Source: Trichoplax sp. H2 (taxonomy: Eukaryota). From it: a DNA stretch of 64,000 nucleotides. The stretch lies in assembly GCA_003344405.1 (NCBI GenBank), contig NOWV01000102.1, positions 124,001 through 188,000 of the forward strand. The letters run 5' to 3'. Below the pieces are notes generated by a model. The model did no database searches. It worked only from the letters and a program-made list of their open reading frames with translations, and was not told the DNA's origin. Numbering within the stretch: position 1 is the stretch's first letter; every line of letters begins with the position of its first letter. The position numbers and the translations under genes are program-made. Shown in pieces: positions 39,719 through 54,100 of this stretch.

Positions 39719-42192
39719 ATGGATGGAATATTCCCTGGTAAAAAAGTAAGTCTGGAGATAATTTGATCACTTCTTCTTGATGGAAATGATTCTACAAGAA
39801 GTTATTTTATCGGCTATCACAGTTATAAGACCGTTTTATGAACAAGGTTAAAATTATGTTGTAAATTGACTACGGTATCGATATGCTTCAGATAGAAAGT
39901 AACTTGCTTATGGTATAAGGACGGTACCAAATAGAATAGACATGATGTTAGGATTGATCTCTAGCCGCAAATGAATGCAAATATCATCTTTATAAGTATA
40001 GAATTATTTCCATTTCTCTCTAGTATTTTTTCAGACAGAGCTAATTGACGAGGACGTCAGGAAAAATGATATAGTTTTGGTGAAAATAAATTTCTCTTTA
40101 TAATTTCGTAAAATAACCTAGATAATGCAATATTAGTTATTTTACGTCTATATTCTTAATCATTCCTAATATCATTTTCGTTAATGTAAAATTGATTGGG
40201 AATTTACTTATTACTTGCTTTAACCCTCATTTAAAATCAGCTATGGGAAGTTATCAGTAAATGACTTATTATCCAAGAAGCCGAATCACTCGTAATAAAA
40301 AAGTACAAGATGATTACATTAGTGCTGCTTAAATTGATCTAAACTTATACTGCAAGTAAATGTAAACATCACCTTCGCCAATATGGTGTTACCTATGTTA
40401 TTTTGCATTTTAACTACTATAATGCAAAACATAAATTGATCACCATATCAACAACTACTAGCTATACTTTTATTAAATTATATGTCGCACATCACAAAAT
40501 AATAAAGATTTCATTGCATTAGATGATCCCTGTTTATCCCCTAAATCAGTTCAAGCCTGAATTTGCTTCAATAGCTATTTTAATATATCATAATCTTATC
40601 TTTACTTGATTTCATATGCGTTATCATTAATATTACCCACGTACATTGATGGTAGGAGAAATTTATTTAAAAAATAAGGCTATCATAAAAGTGTTATAAA
40701 AGTGGAAGTTAATTTATTGAAGTTAATTTACTGTTAGTAGCGTCTGTTAGTTTTCAGGATAATAAAACGTTTGATTTAAATCTCCATTACTATAGGACGC
40801 TAAGCAAGGAAGAAGGTCTAACAAACCTAAAGCTAATGCAGAAAATCAAAATGGATCAGCAGATAACAGTGCCGTTGCTAATGGAAGTGTAGTAAGTCTA
40901 TACCACAAAGCATGTCTTAATAAAATGATACGTTAATTTTCTTAACGTATCAAATAAAGCTAGTGGAAAATAGGTCCTAAAGTTTAACAATTTAGGATCA
41001 TATATATGCAAATTGGCGTTCTATTCTAGTCATTATCACTCTTAATCTCAATAGAAATGTTATATAAGCAAAGTTATAACATTGTAATATTATCTAGAAT
41101 GGCAATGATGTCCCTCCAAAGGCTAGAAAGAGAGACGGATGGGCTAATGATGCTAAGAAAGGGTAGGCTGCGGGATCAATAGTTTATCATTTTGGAGCTG
41201 TTGATTCGTATTGATGCAAATACAATATGAAAGCTTATTTATGCTAAAACGCTTTAATACTATAAGCAAATTTATAAATTATCATTTCTCAAATCAAATA
41301 TATATTCCAGGAAAAATGCTAACAAAAAGGATACAGAAATTGAGTAAGAGAAGCAATTAGCTCAAGTAGATCGTTATCACTTGTACATAATTGTGTGAAT
41401 CGTGTTTCTTCAGACAGCAATCAAACTAACCTTCTGTATCTTTGCTCTTACTATTTCGTTAGCGAACGTTTGAAAGCGACTACTATTAATCAGGATGACG
41501 GCGAAGGTATTCACCACGTTTTGAATCTCGCTGTCTTAATCCTCGGTAAAAAAAATAAAATAGTTTTAAATCTATACTTCAAAACCAACGTAGATAATCC
41601 CGTCATACCGGAGCTCGAGGACAAGCAGGAAGAAGAAGAAATCACTTACGGAATTGCTGCTCCACCAAGGTACTGCGACGATTTTTCATCTAATGTAATT
41701 ATTTTCTCTTTTATTTCGATAGTTCATAATTAATAGTATTACTTCAAAATTTGTTATTAGCATAAAAGCCAATAAGGTAATAAGCTATAAGGAATTGGAT
41801 CAAGATTTACAGAAACATGCGTCGTTACTAATTATGGTAATTTCAGTAATTCAGTTTATAAATCGCTGTTGTATAATAATTATAATAGTACTAAAGCTTA
41901 AAATTCTCACACTAACAACTTGATGTATAATTAGGACGGAGAAGTTGATTTAAAACTATTGGCAAAAGGCTTAGCGCCTGCAGAAGAAGTCGCTGAGGTA
42001 ATGATTGCTTTTCGATTTATAGGAAAAAATATAAATTATTTCGTCGAGTTACTGAACGACAACTACTTGATATCATTTACTATAATAAAGACCGATAGGC
42101 AATGGGAATGGACTACTTTATTTACTGAAGTTTCTTCTGAGTTACAAACTGAATTAGAAGAGAGAGCAGCAAAGGCAAACTTTAATTCTTAA
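39719..42192 (+). CDS. IFT43: Intraflagellar transport protein 43 (IFT-A subunit). Exons ~39719-39745, 40035-40079, 40796-40891, 41098-41162, 41311-41343, 41463-41506, 41594-41669, 41761-41836, 41935-41997, 42091-42192
   Basis: Spliced product contains PVIPELEDKQEEEEITYGIAAPPSIKANKVISYKELDQDL...DGEVDLKLLAKGLAP..EV.E...WEWTTLFTEVSSEL, matching the IFT43 C-terminal signature. The first two exons are less certain. Confidence 0.9.
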
Positions 42193-44839
42193 CTCCATAA
42201 AATCTACTAAATTATAATGTTTAATAGTTGAGAATGACATATTTCGACATAAGGTAATGTATAAATAGCAGCTGTATCTGTTCTAGATATTTATTGTATT
42301 ATAATCTTTACAAGTTTTTCTTTATGCCAAAGTCCATTAGTTCTATCACTACTATAAACATAAATTATTCGATCATTCCTGACAGTAATAAAACTGTAAG
42401 TACAAGTGCCATACAATTATGTTTATTTCGAGAAGATTTCGTACGTGAGATTATTATTTGTTACTTTTCTGCCTAATCATACTAAGATTGAAATACATTA
42501 AATACAACAGTTACCTACAATCAACAAAAGTACTTGCTTTAAATCAGTAATCATATTTTTCGCATTACTGTAGCTATATACGAATATACACTCCTGGTAT
42601 ATTCTTAATATGCTAGCAGTTAAAAATTGTGGGATTGTCCCATTCTTTCATAGTCTCCGTCTTCATCTATCCAGAAATGTACATGTTAATTTGAAGCAAG
42701 TATTTAAGATCAATTAAAGGATATTCTGTAATCTAATAACCGTCATAATAGATGAGTTGTGGTACGATGTGATAGGCAAATTGCTCGAAATTCTGGATTA
42801 TGTTAGTAAATGTATAATTATATTTATTTTCTAGCTAGATCTGATCACAGTTTCACACGGTGTTGTGTTTTTAGGCCCAGTCATAAAAGTATCTACTGTT
42901 CTTACTGTGTACTAGGAACAATTGGATACGACTATAAATTACGTTAAATAAAATTGTTTTGATTCTTACTCACAAGATTTCGCCACAGCTGATACTGTTA
43001 TTAAACAATACATTGTTATTTTAAGCTTGCTTGCGAATTACTACAGATTGTTGTTAGGTATTGGAATAAATTCAGTTACGTTAAATCAGATAATTTTATT
43101 GCTCTGCTTGCAAGACTTTGTAGAGGATTTAAATAATTATACATAGCGCTCTTTTTAGCCTCCTTGCATAATCCTCCCGTCACACTATTCTCAAATAGTT
43201 TTACATGTCGAATAATCATACAGCGTGCAATTATCCCTTCAATCGCTCTGATGCAATGACGAATGATAAATTCAGAAGTGACCTAATAGCAACTATGACT
43301 TAATATGATATGTGTCTATAAGTATCTAATTTTCAGATAGTATAGAAATGCAATATTATTTAGTGATACTATACAACTGCTTTCCTTCTGAAAGGAATTC
43401 ATATCTAGTATTGAAGCAGTCATAGCTTTTACTTTAAAGCATGCTGTATGAACATTATTGTACATACGCAATACAGGAAAAACAAGATTCTCCTTAATAA
43501 CTTATTGATTACGTAAACATGTTGTTATACCGTAGTGGGCTGTAAATATACAGTACCTTATTTACTCTAATATACGAGCATACGGTAGTACACTGTAGTA
43601 CCGCACTTTAGACAATCAGCAGCTCTAACCATCACTAGTCTCAAGATCCTGTATACCGTAACTTAGTATAAGATGGAGGTTCACGCTCTGTACTGCTAAT
43701 TGACAGTGTGTGCGGTCTCGAGAGCTTCATTTGGAGGTATATATTGCTGGATAATGCGCGCACTTTGAGTTTTGCAATTTGATTTTAGGTTTATCTATCC
43801 AGAATATCTTATCAGGAATTGGAATTTAACTTTGCTATACGATATTGCGACCAAGTAGCTTTTTTAAGTACGGTGTTAGCCGTTAAAGCATAATTATCAT
43901 TAATTAGCCTTTCCGGGAATTTTGTTAATCGTCATTTTGTCTATGTTTTGATATAATTTTATCGATAACTGCATATTTTTAAATTATTATTGTCTTAGTA
44001 AGCATATTTGATGTTTACGTAATTGCACTACATACTGTACAAATAAATTAGCTGATTTTTTAGTAATATCTGAGTTTATAGTCATCGTTAGTCTAGTAGA
44101 GATTTACATAGTAGTTACCTTAGCCTCCTGACCTATTAAACTGACTCCATCGCCAGTCACTGTAAGTAAATGCCAAAGAGTACATTGCCACTCACAGCAC
44201 TATTGCACAAAACAAGGCGAGAAAATGTCAATACTGTACTACTGTATACTACGAGGAATTTAGAAATAAGAATGAGGGTTTTCTAATCAAAAATTGTCAA
44301 GACAATCATTTCCTTAGTGTGTCTCCGTTTGCAATATATCCAATATTAAGTTCAAAGAAACTTCTATTTCCAATTTTGATGCAAAAATGACTTCTTTGAA
44401 TCTATCAATTTCTGTTCATGTAAAATGGTTTAATACCGATACCAAGGCGGATATACAATCATCGATAATTGACTTGATTATTTTATATGGCCGTGGTAGA
44501 CTATACTCAGTCTTCCCATATGTAATAAACATTAAAATAACAGAAACGCTTGTCTCCAATTTTGGTGCAGAAATGACTTTTCAAAAGCTGTTAAGGCTTA
44601 ATATCGATTTGCACCTGGACATTCTAATTAATCAGTCGATGATTGACTTGACTATTTTATACACCAATCACTCACTGCACTGTGCTAATACAATTAATCG
44701 AGAGGCTATGGTGATTACAGGGTACAGTAGTTGCGAGACATTTTACATTTTCGATCGACGCAGGCTGAAATTCCAAGCTAGATTGCATTCGGTTTCATCT
44801 CCAATTTATATCGCCATTAGTGCCGATCATCAACAGTAG

Positions 44840-44847
44840 AAAAAAAA
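44840..44847 (-). terminator. RNA polymerase III oligo(T) terminator of tRNA-Ser
   Basis: Run of 8 A on + (T on -) starting 1 nt after the tRNA 3' end. Confidence 0.85.
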
Positions 44848-44848
44848 T

Positions 44849-44930
44849 CGTCGTGAACAGGATTCGAACCTGTGCGGGGAGACCCCATTGGATTTCGAGT
44901 CCAACGCCTTAACCACTCGGCCACCACGAC
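44849..44930 (-). tRNA. tRNA-Ser (anticodon CGA), 82 nt, intronless
   Basis: Reverse complement reads GTCGTGGTGGCCGAGTGGTTAAGGCGTTGGACT-CGA-AATCCAATGGGGTCTCCCCGCACAGGTTCGAATCCTGTTCACGACG, with A and B boxes, a long variable arm and a paired acceptor stem. Confidence 0.97.
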
Positions 44931-46224
44931 CATAAACGTATAATAAGGTTCATATTGACTATAAAAATGAAAATAAGCTAAATTGTGTTGCTACGATACG
45001 AATTGATCAACCCCCATCCATACTGGAGGCATGACTATGCATTGCATAGTACTGTATGATACCGCCAACGTTAAGTATTGTGTTCTATTTATAGACTGAT
45101 GACCTAATAAGTAATGGACCAATGATAGTACAGCGCTATACAGTAACTGGAGATGACGTCAAGGTTCCTCTAGTAGGCTATGTGCACGTTTGGCTAGCCA
45201 GTGATATATTTCAAAAGTCTTGTTTGAGACTCTAGATAGCTAAATATGGATGTAGCTCACCACTATATGCTGTCTCAAGTATATCATAGGTGCCATATAA
45301 AAGTATCATTTTTGGGTAACACATAAGGTAGTGGAGTAGACCGAAGACACTTCCGGAACCAACCAGAACCGCTGCAAGCAGGAGAACGATTTGACTGAAA
45401 TTATCCCCCAAAACTAAGCCCTCTAGAGAGTGTTTAGAATGATTCTGCATAAAGTATGCTAGTGCCTTAGGTTAGATTTTGCATGTGAATAAATAAATAA
45501 ATAAATGGCAGCTCTGCCTAAGGTGATTTCATAGCTATCCAGTAGAAAATTGAAATCTATTCTTCAACGGTATGCGAGTGCGCCTAAACTTCAAAGGTTA
45601 ATTTGCCTATGAGTGTCATGCTTGTATGATATCATTTTAGCTAGCATTGGTAGCTGAGAAATCGCATCGATATTGTCTACTCTAACATTCTTCTTCATTC
45701 CCAAAGGATAAATCATCGACGTAATCGTTTGAAGTTATTATTATTATCACTTTGCAAAGGCGCTTGATAGCTCTTCAACATTCCAGTATTTATACAGAGT
45801 GGACTAGATCTACATCCAGTTAGCAAGACTTCAAGAGAGACTGTAGGGACCCTGGCCGGTCGGGTGTTAATACTCTACTATTCAAAAGTTTGCATTGATC
45901 AACGACTCTACCTTATAATGATTATCCTGCAACTGTGAAGATCCAATTCAAGTCGCTTTTATTTATAAATTACTGTTCAACCGTTCAATTTTATCAAAAC
46001 TTTAAAAAGCTAGTTAGATAGATTAGCGATTACGACTCCAATCGACGACAATAGCGTTGATAACACTGTTTAATAATCGATACAGTCTAGCCTTGGGTAG
46101 ATAACTGCCATCAACTTTTCTAGAACACAATTTCATCCAACTAATGTTGATGTAATGAATCATTCAGAGTAAAAGATCAAATTATTTTATTTCTTCTTAT
46201 TGACGCGAAATCAATTCAGTATTA

Positions 46225-49200
46225 ATGGAAAGTGGCTGTTCTACTCTATCGAGCAAAGGCCTAGACAATCAACCCGGTGAAAATAATTGCTTTCTCAACT
46301 CAGTTATTCAGGTAATTAATATACTTGTTCAATTCATTGATAAAGATGGAGAAGATATTTTAATAGATCTCAGAACAATTTGTCGTTTGATTTTGATCGA
46401 TTGCATGCCAGGATTGCTGTTAAGATCAAATTACAAATGCATCATCGTACGTACATTATGATTGCTCCGATAGGTTATACTACGCAATTGGATATTACAC
46501 AGTATTAAGATAAGATATTATATCAGGCAAAAGATCAACATTTTCTTCTAGTATATAAACTCGATACTTTCGTTCTATTAAAAGTTAATAATTCTAATTT
46601 TAGTTACACGACTCTTTTAGTCATTTACGATACTGTTTTACTTTAAGTATAAAAAGTGAAAAATAGCTATGCCACTGCCACTGTCGTAGTGTCGTTTGCG
46701 TAGGCTCTAACTCAATTTCATGTATCCCCCGATACACTACCACGTAATGATTAAAGAGAGTAATCCAATGTGGTAGAATAATAGTGTAAATTTCACAGTC
46801 TTTAAATTTTAATAGAATAATAATGATCAAGCAACCGAAAGCTGCATAGTAATTACTGATCCAGTCTAATAAATTGAAATTAGTTTAGCTGGTTACATTT
46901 TCATGAAGGCTATAACTACAATCGAATGAATGTATTAGTTATACAGCTTATTAAATTCTCTTACTTAACTACAACCTAATGCATATATTGAACAGCTTAT
47001 CAAATTCTCTTATCGCATATGATTTCAGGCATTATGGCATATTGATATCTTTCGTGATAGCCTTCACAATTTAAAAGACGATAGACAAAAATCCAATAAT
47101 ATTATCGAAGCTTTACAGGTAAGCCCAAGCGTAAATGCTCATAGATAAGTAATAGATAGCTTTGCTATAGAGCAGAGTATCGAGACAATATTCATTTGGA
47201 CAAACAGAATATTACTTTGATTGAAATTAATACCTGAAATTCTGTTTAAGTGATCACTAACCATCTCGATTCAATAACATCTCACTACCTCTCATAACTA
47301 ACTGTGGTAACGATTCTATTTATTTATAGGTCATTTTTGATAATTATAAATACTGCGATTTTCAAGTCTTAAAGCCTGATTACTTAAGAAGGGTACTGGC
47401 TAAGCTTAATGTTGATCGCTTTCAACTGGGTCAAACAAATGATGCCGTAGAGTGTTATGTAAGTTTAAGTACGGACATTTTGCCCTATTAACCTGTATCA
47501 ACTTTGTATTGATCGCACTTGAAAATGTCAGTAACAAATTTAACTATCCAAACTTTAAAATAATCGCATTTTCGCAAATTCATACATGAAACGCTACTAT
47601 GTAAAGATTTTTAAATAACCAATAAAATTTTACAAGAATACAATTTATGGCTGGAACACATCCTAAAGACAATATTATTGCTATTAAATTAGAATTTCTA
47701 CTAATAAAACAAAGGAGACCTTTATTGGCTAACTACGACGCAATAATGAATTTTCAGTGTGCGCTCCTTAAAAAATAAACTAATTCTACTAAACTCAAAA
47801 TTATATCCTATTGTTTAGCCTACGAAAGGATACAATTAAACTCATTTATGCAATCCTTATACCACTAATACAAATAACAGTAGCCTACCAGTATTTCACT
47901 AATTTGCATTCGAATATTGATTACGCAGGAATATATCCTAGATAAAATACATGAACACTCAACTACAGATGTTGATAGCGCAACATGTGAGGATGATGGC
48001 TGTATTACTCACAAGAAGTTTACTCTTACATTGATAAATCATGTAAGATTTAGTTAGTTTAGCCACTAGAATCCATAGTATATCACTAATTCAATAACTT
48101 GTTTCTGCGTTGAATTTTAGCGTATCTGTCCCTATTGTGAGGCTACCTCGGAGCCTGAACCATTGAGAATACCTTTGCTTTATCTTAATGTTTCCGAACT
48201 TGTGTAAGAATGCATTCTCCTATTCTAACTTATTAGAATAGTAAAATGAAAGTACAAGATTTTCAATTTAAGTGAATTATTCACGAAATACATATTTTTA
48301 AACTATAAAGCGTTCAGAAATAAAATTAACGAATCGGATTGTTTTACAGAAATGAGATTTACATACCGTCAGGTCGTGATAATGGTTTTAGAAACATTAC
48401 ATTCGGTAAAATGCTTCGATCTGTTTTAGCTACCAAAGAATCATGCCCTGTAAGATATGGTGTCACGTTATAGCAAATTCGCTATTGATACTCAATTTAT
48501 TGCTTGTCTTCAAATAACATTCCAGAAGCTTGATAAATCAATTTGACCTTTTGATAGGGAAGTTGTAGAAACATCATTAAAAGTGAATGCTATCTTACAA
48601 ATTGCCCTGAAATTGGTAACCTGAATTCATTATGGCTAGCCTTGACATTGAGATTGGTATTAATGTTTTTAATGCAATTTTGTATTAACAGTTAGTATTG
48701 GTTTTTCATGGTCGACAAAGTCAGCACCAAGATCTACCATTCAATCGTTACTCTATGTCATCCAAACACGCATTTCTTTAAATGATGTAAGTATTCGGCT
48801 TGGCCTAAATAATACAAGAATGATAATTTTACGATAGAGCTTTTACAAGCCGCTAGTATTAGCACTTCAGTCTATCTAGCCTATCGTTAATTTACCGTTT
48901 AGTTCATCATATATTAGGAGCACAATGACTGAAATTTTGAACTGTTTCAGGTATTCTCAAAGGTTCTTGACGAAAATGCAGCCCAAACCACGATCGATCT
49001 TAATACCATGGTAGTTTATTATGGCATGCATTATGCCACATTCTGTCATCATACGAGATACAAGAAATGGATATTATGTGATGATGCACATATACGAGAT
49101 GTAAGATCGTATGCACAAAAGTATAATTGACGTATTGATGATATATAATTTAATGCTCGCATAACAACATTAATAACTTTTTGTAAGCACTTATGCTTAA

Positions 49201-50621
49201 TTATTGGCTATAATATTGTATGATTTATAGGTTGGTCAAACCTTTGAGGATGTAATTCAAAGTTGCATTCGTAATTGCTATCAACCAGTGCTACTGATTT
49301 ATACCAATTCATCTGGAAAGCCAATGGATCCAATACCGTCAACATCTGATACCGATCAGTTAGTTAGTGAGAATCGTAGGGTGAATGAAGTAGTAACTGG
49401 TCAATTAATTGATCTCGAAGATTCTACTAGTACTGGAAGTATTCCAAAATCAGACTCTCGCTCATATATCGAATCCCAAAGCAACTATGGCGATAGCTAT
49501 GATGGCGTAGATATATTGCAAACTTCACGAGTTTCGAAAGGTGGTAGCACGTCATCTACAATCACTCGATCTCGAGAACCATATGAAGCTGATGATGACT
49601 TAGCCAATACTGTAACTAGGCTACAGCAATGGTCTGTTACAGGTAAAATTTCAAAGGGTCAGCAGATGATAAATCGGGACATATCTAACAAATTAGGTGT
49701 ACAAGCAACCCAAACTAGTCCTTTACCATCGAATGCTTGGACTGACTCACATATTAGAAAACTACCATCAAACTATAAGTATCATGACAAAAATTCATCG
49801 TATAGTCGACAGTTTTCAGGATCAGATGCAACCTCTAATTCTTCCGGTAGATCCGACGATGGTTTGAGTTTTGTTACGGCACCTGCATCCTACAATCATC
49901 ACAGAACTACGGAAGATTCTTCTAATTCCGAAATAACTGACCCAAGGCGTCCTGTTAGCTCTCCTAAGTACCATAGCGTTTATACAGCAAAAGTAAATAA
50001 CGAAGACGAATACAGTCAGAAAATGACTCGTACGAATTATGGCGAGAGATCTAACGTGCTTGCAGGCCATCATTATCAAAGGAAAGATCCAGTTCAAGTT
50101 AACGATAATCCTAGATCGAGTAACCAGATCAATCAATTTGCTACAATTAGCAAACGTAAGTTGTAGATAAATAATTTTATTTTTAGTTCATTTAATACAT
50201 AACTGATTTAACCTGCAAACTGATAGACAACTCAGACTTATGTTCATTGTAAATTGATAAAAAATTGGTTTTAGGTCTGATCGCTTCTAATTACTATCAC
50301 CAACTATGCCTACTAGGAAATCATAGTTTAGATAGTTGTGTTATTGCGGCATCTTGTGGCCAACTAGACCAGGCTAGAACCCTTTGTAATAGTGCACTGG
50401 GTAGGATACAATTATAATTATTAACTACAATATGAATATTAAATAATGATCCTACATAATAACATGAACTGAATGCGATTACATTTCGATTTCTACCTAC
50501 AGATTTTTATTGTAGATCACGTTCACTAGACGACCTTGATAAGCATTTACATGAGCACGCTGATGAATTGATGTGCTGCTGCTCTGACGTGAAAGCAAAG
50601 TTGGATGAACTATCAAAATAG
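46225..50621 (+). CDS. USP54: USP53/USP54-family ubiquitin C-terminal hydrolase with disordered tail and short C-terminal helical (MIT-like?) region. About 12 exons
   Basis: Cys box KGLDNQPGENNCFLNSVIQ|ALWHIDIFRDS, RFQLGQTNDAVECYE, C..HKKF.L.L....C..CEATSEP, and His box VVYYGMHYATFCHHTRYKKWILCDDA followed by CIRNCYQPVLLIY. The last exons 50275-50400 and 50503-50621 join in frame (lower confidence). Confidence 0.88.
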
Positions 50622-51116
50622 CATTAACGAACAATATAAGTATGGCACGAAATTTCGATTTAAAGTATCTTTCCCTACTCTTACTCGAAATGAGTATACA
50701 CGAGACACAGTATAAAACCCATAGCACTAACACATGAGCATAGTAGAAATAAATTACTGTGAAATGTTTAAATTTAAACATTAAAATAATATCTAAAAAA
50801 AATAATTTTATTAAAGAATGGGACAGATATTTGTACAGGATGTGTTATCTGTTACATTTCTGATAAAATTTAATAATTCCTCTTATGGATATTATATACA
50901 AGTTTATTTTGTAATTTAATTAAAGTGCTTATTACTTCACTTTCTCTCTATGTAGCCACTATTTCAGGTTTAGTGAAACGTTATGAACAACATCACACCG
51001 TGAAAAAATTAATTAATTGCTAGTTCGATATTATGTTCTCCACATTTATTCTATATGAAAATTAATTGATGTTGGTCTTGTTAATATATATATAATTGAA
51101 TGTTGTTTCATTTTGA

Positions 51117-54100
51117 TTATTCAACTTCGATTACAGCTTTAATATTCAAAGCTGCAAATTCTGTAACTAAATAAAGGTATACGTAAGGAAGGTACATTTT
51201 AGTAACTTCTTGAGTGCTATCACATGTAGTACATCTGTAAACTTTTCGGGAGAATTCTCGAAAGATATCGGCTTCATTTTTGTTTACATCAGTGGTAATC
51301 CCTAGGACGCTACCGCATTTCTTACAAACATGCGCCTAAAATCAACATGTACGGATGCTTTAAACCAACAAATCTTAAACATATACTATTTAGAAATTGT
51401 GCACTGTAGTGAAATTCAATATTACCACTGATTTATCGGAACAGTTAAGCAGTCTATCTTGTAGTAGAAATGATGTGCCATGAGATATTAAAGCATCACG
51501 CTCCATCTCGCCGAACCTGACTCCACCGGCCCTTTTTCTACCCTAAGAATATTTGATGAAATACTACTGCATTAGATTTGATTTTCTCGCAATAACGAGT
51601 CCTAACTTAACGTTTAACGATAGGTAGTAAATCAATCAAAGTTACCTGAACAGGTTGACGAGTTAAGGAATCGATTGGCCCTGTTGTCCTAACCTAATTC
51701 AATCAAGAAAACATTTCATCTCAATAAAAACTTCATACTCAGCCCGAATACAGATATGCATTTGTCATATATGGTAGAGATACCTGAAACTTATCAGAAA
51801 TCATATGCCTTAATCGCTGATAGTATACAGTGCCAATAAATATATTAGCCTCAAATTCTTCGCCACTCATGCCATCGTACATTCTTTCCGTACCAAAATA
51901 GTTGTAGCCAGCTTTAACATTTAAGAAATATACATATTGTGTAAGGCTAAGCATGTTATCGAACCTACGATCATCTAATCTATTATTATACCAAATTTTA
52001 AGTCAATATTATTTAAGAAAAGTCAAAGAAATCACCTTTCTCTAGATATTTTCCAAAGTAATCTACGGCTGAAACTTTTTCGCTAAACTGAAAGGGTGTT
52101 GCATCATGACAGAGTCCATGAAGACTAGCAGATTTGCCTGCCATAGATTCAATCATCATGCCTGCAATAAATATACATTTTAAAAATTAATGGTATAATC
52201 ATAATTTTACTGCATGAATTGGCGAAATAGGAACATTGATAGAAGGAAAAATTTTAACCTATAGTCATTCTCGATGGAAAGCCATGTGGATTGAATAATA
52301 TATCAGGAGTCATGCCGGATTCAGTAAAAGGCATATTTTCTATTGGCCATAATTGACTGAAATTGAAAATTAGGTTACCATGTTTAACTGAGGGTACAAA
52401 ATTATCAAACTGAGTACGATGAACTTGCATTTACATTATACCTGCATACTCCTTTCTGCCCGTGACGGCTTGAAAATTTATCCCCAATGATCGGATTTCG
52501 CTGTAATTTATCGTAGAAGATCCAAATATTAATAATAAGGGTAGGTTATACGTAAAGTTTTAGTAACTTGCGTAAATATTTAAGGGTGTGCTGCATACCT
52601 CGATTCGGAATTTAACGCATATTCGCTGCAATGGCTTTCGACCGCTATCCGATCCAAGTAATTTAACCTAGATAATATTTGATGTCAGTCATGTTGAGCA
52701 ATATCAAATTTCGAGTTAATATCTTGTAATACGTCTTGCTTTAAAACGTACATCATCTACTATTCCTTGTTCTTGGCCACGGTAGTAATGGACAACGCAT
52801 TGACTTGTAGAAAGATTTAAAGTACTAAAGATAATATTAAATGGTCTTAAAGTCATATCGCAACTAACTACATACTCGTATAGTAATAATGCAATATTGC
52901 TCAAAATTACCAATAGTATGGATCTCCGGAATTTAGTATAGAACCAATTTTTGGCAATCCATCCAAATCAATATTATCACTATCAGTAGTACCAGGAGTT
53001 TGGCCTATTTAAATTATTTCAATTTAGTAAAGAAAAATGAAAGCCAGTTCGAAGATGACTAGGAGCATACCAAATATCTCCAATCCATCAGCGGTTTTCG
53101 AATTCAGATTGATAACCTAGCCATAAATAATACATTTTACTATATCTCGCAAAATAATGATATATAATTGGAATTAATAGATTATATAATGTATGGTATT
53201 AAAACGTCGGTAAAGTTACCTCAGATTTATATATAGTGGCATGGGCAAATCCTCGTTCGACTGAACTTTTATTCAGTATCATCGCATCTTCCATATCATA
53301 GCCCTATTATTATCAATAATCATAAAAGTACGAGTATACGCATAATTAGGTAACATAACCAGCTATTGTACAGTGAATTATGAAAATTTCTGTTAGGATG
53401 GACATGCCGTATATGCTATAACAGCCACGATTGCATTAGTTCCTAGTGGGTAATCATCAAATCCGTAATGATCGTAATCGGCAGTACGAACAACAGGCGT
53501 TTGAGGAGTCTATCAAAAATAATCCACGTAAAAGTAAATACTGTAATATTTATAGTAATATTATATAATCAATTAAGCCTATATTGTCTACTACAATCAG
53601 TTAAACTAACATTAACTTGTGTACCTGTATTCGATAAAGTTTGTTATCAGATCGATATTTAAAGGACTGAATAGGGGTTCCCATAGTTTGCTTTCCCATC
53701 TAAAATGTTGCAATACAAACATGACATCATCATTTCAAAACCAATTACAGTCTTGATTTTAGGATAACTTTGCTTTACCTGACATTGATACATGTTACGA
53801 GGACTTTGATTAAAGTCAGAAAATGGCGTTAATCGGGCCAATGCACTGAGCATGCTGCATGGTGATAGCTCTTGATGAGTGGTTACCTAATTTAAAAGAA
53901 ATTGATGATGTAGGGATAACTAATAAATTATAATGAATATTTTGGCCAATTATTATTGACTAGACTTGCATAATAACAAGTCAAAATTTTCAACATGATA
54001 AATAGTTAACCTCAGCGTATGCTTCTTCAGCAGTAATACAAATATCCATAAAGACCTTGAAATAAGCATTTAGAGTTAGAGAGAAAATTCTAATTCACTA

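Noticed and set aside
44387..44839. 150-aa ORF next to the tRNA
   Set aside because: It overlaps a decayed ~186-bp tandem duplication, has no recognisable domain and an AT-driven composition.
49822..50136. 104-aa antisense ORF
   Set aside because: Shadow of the large USP exon.
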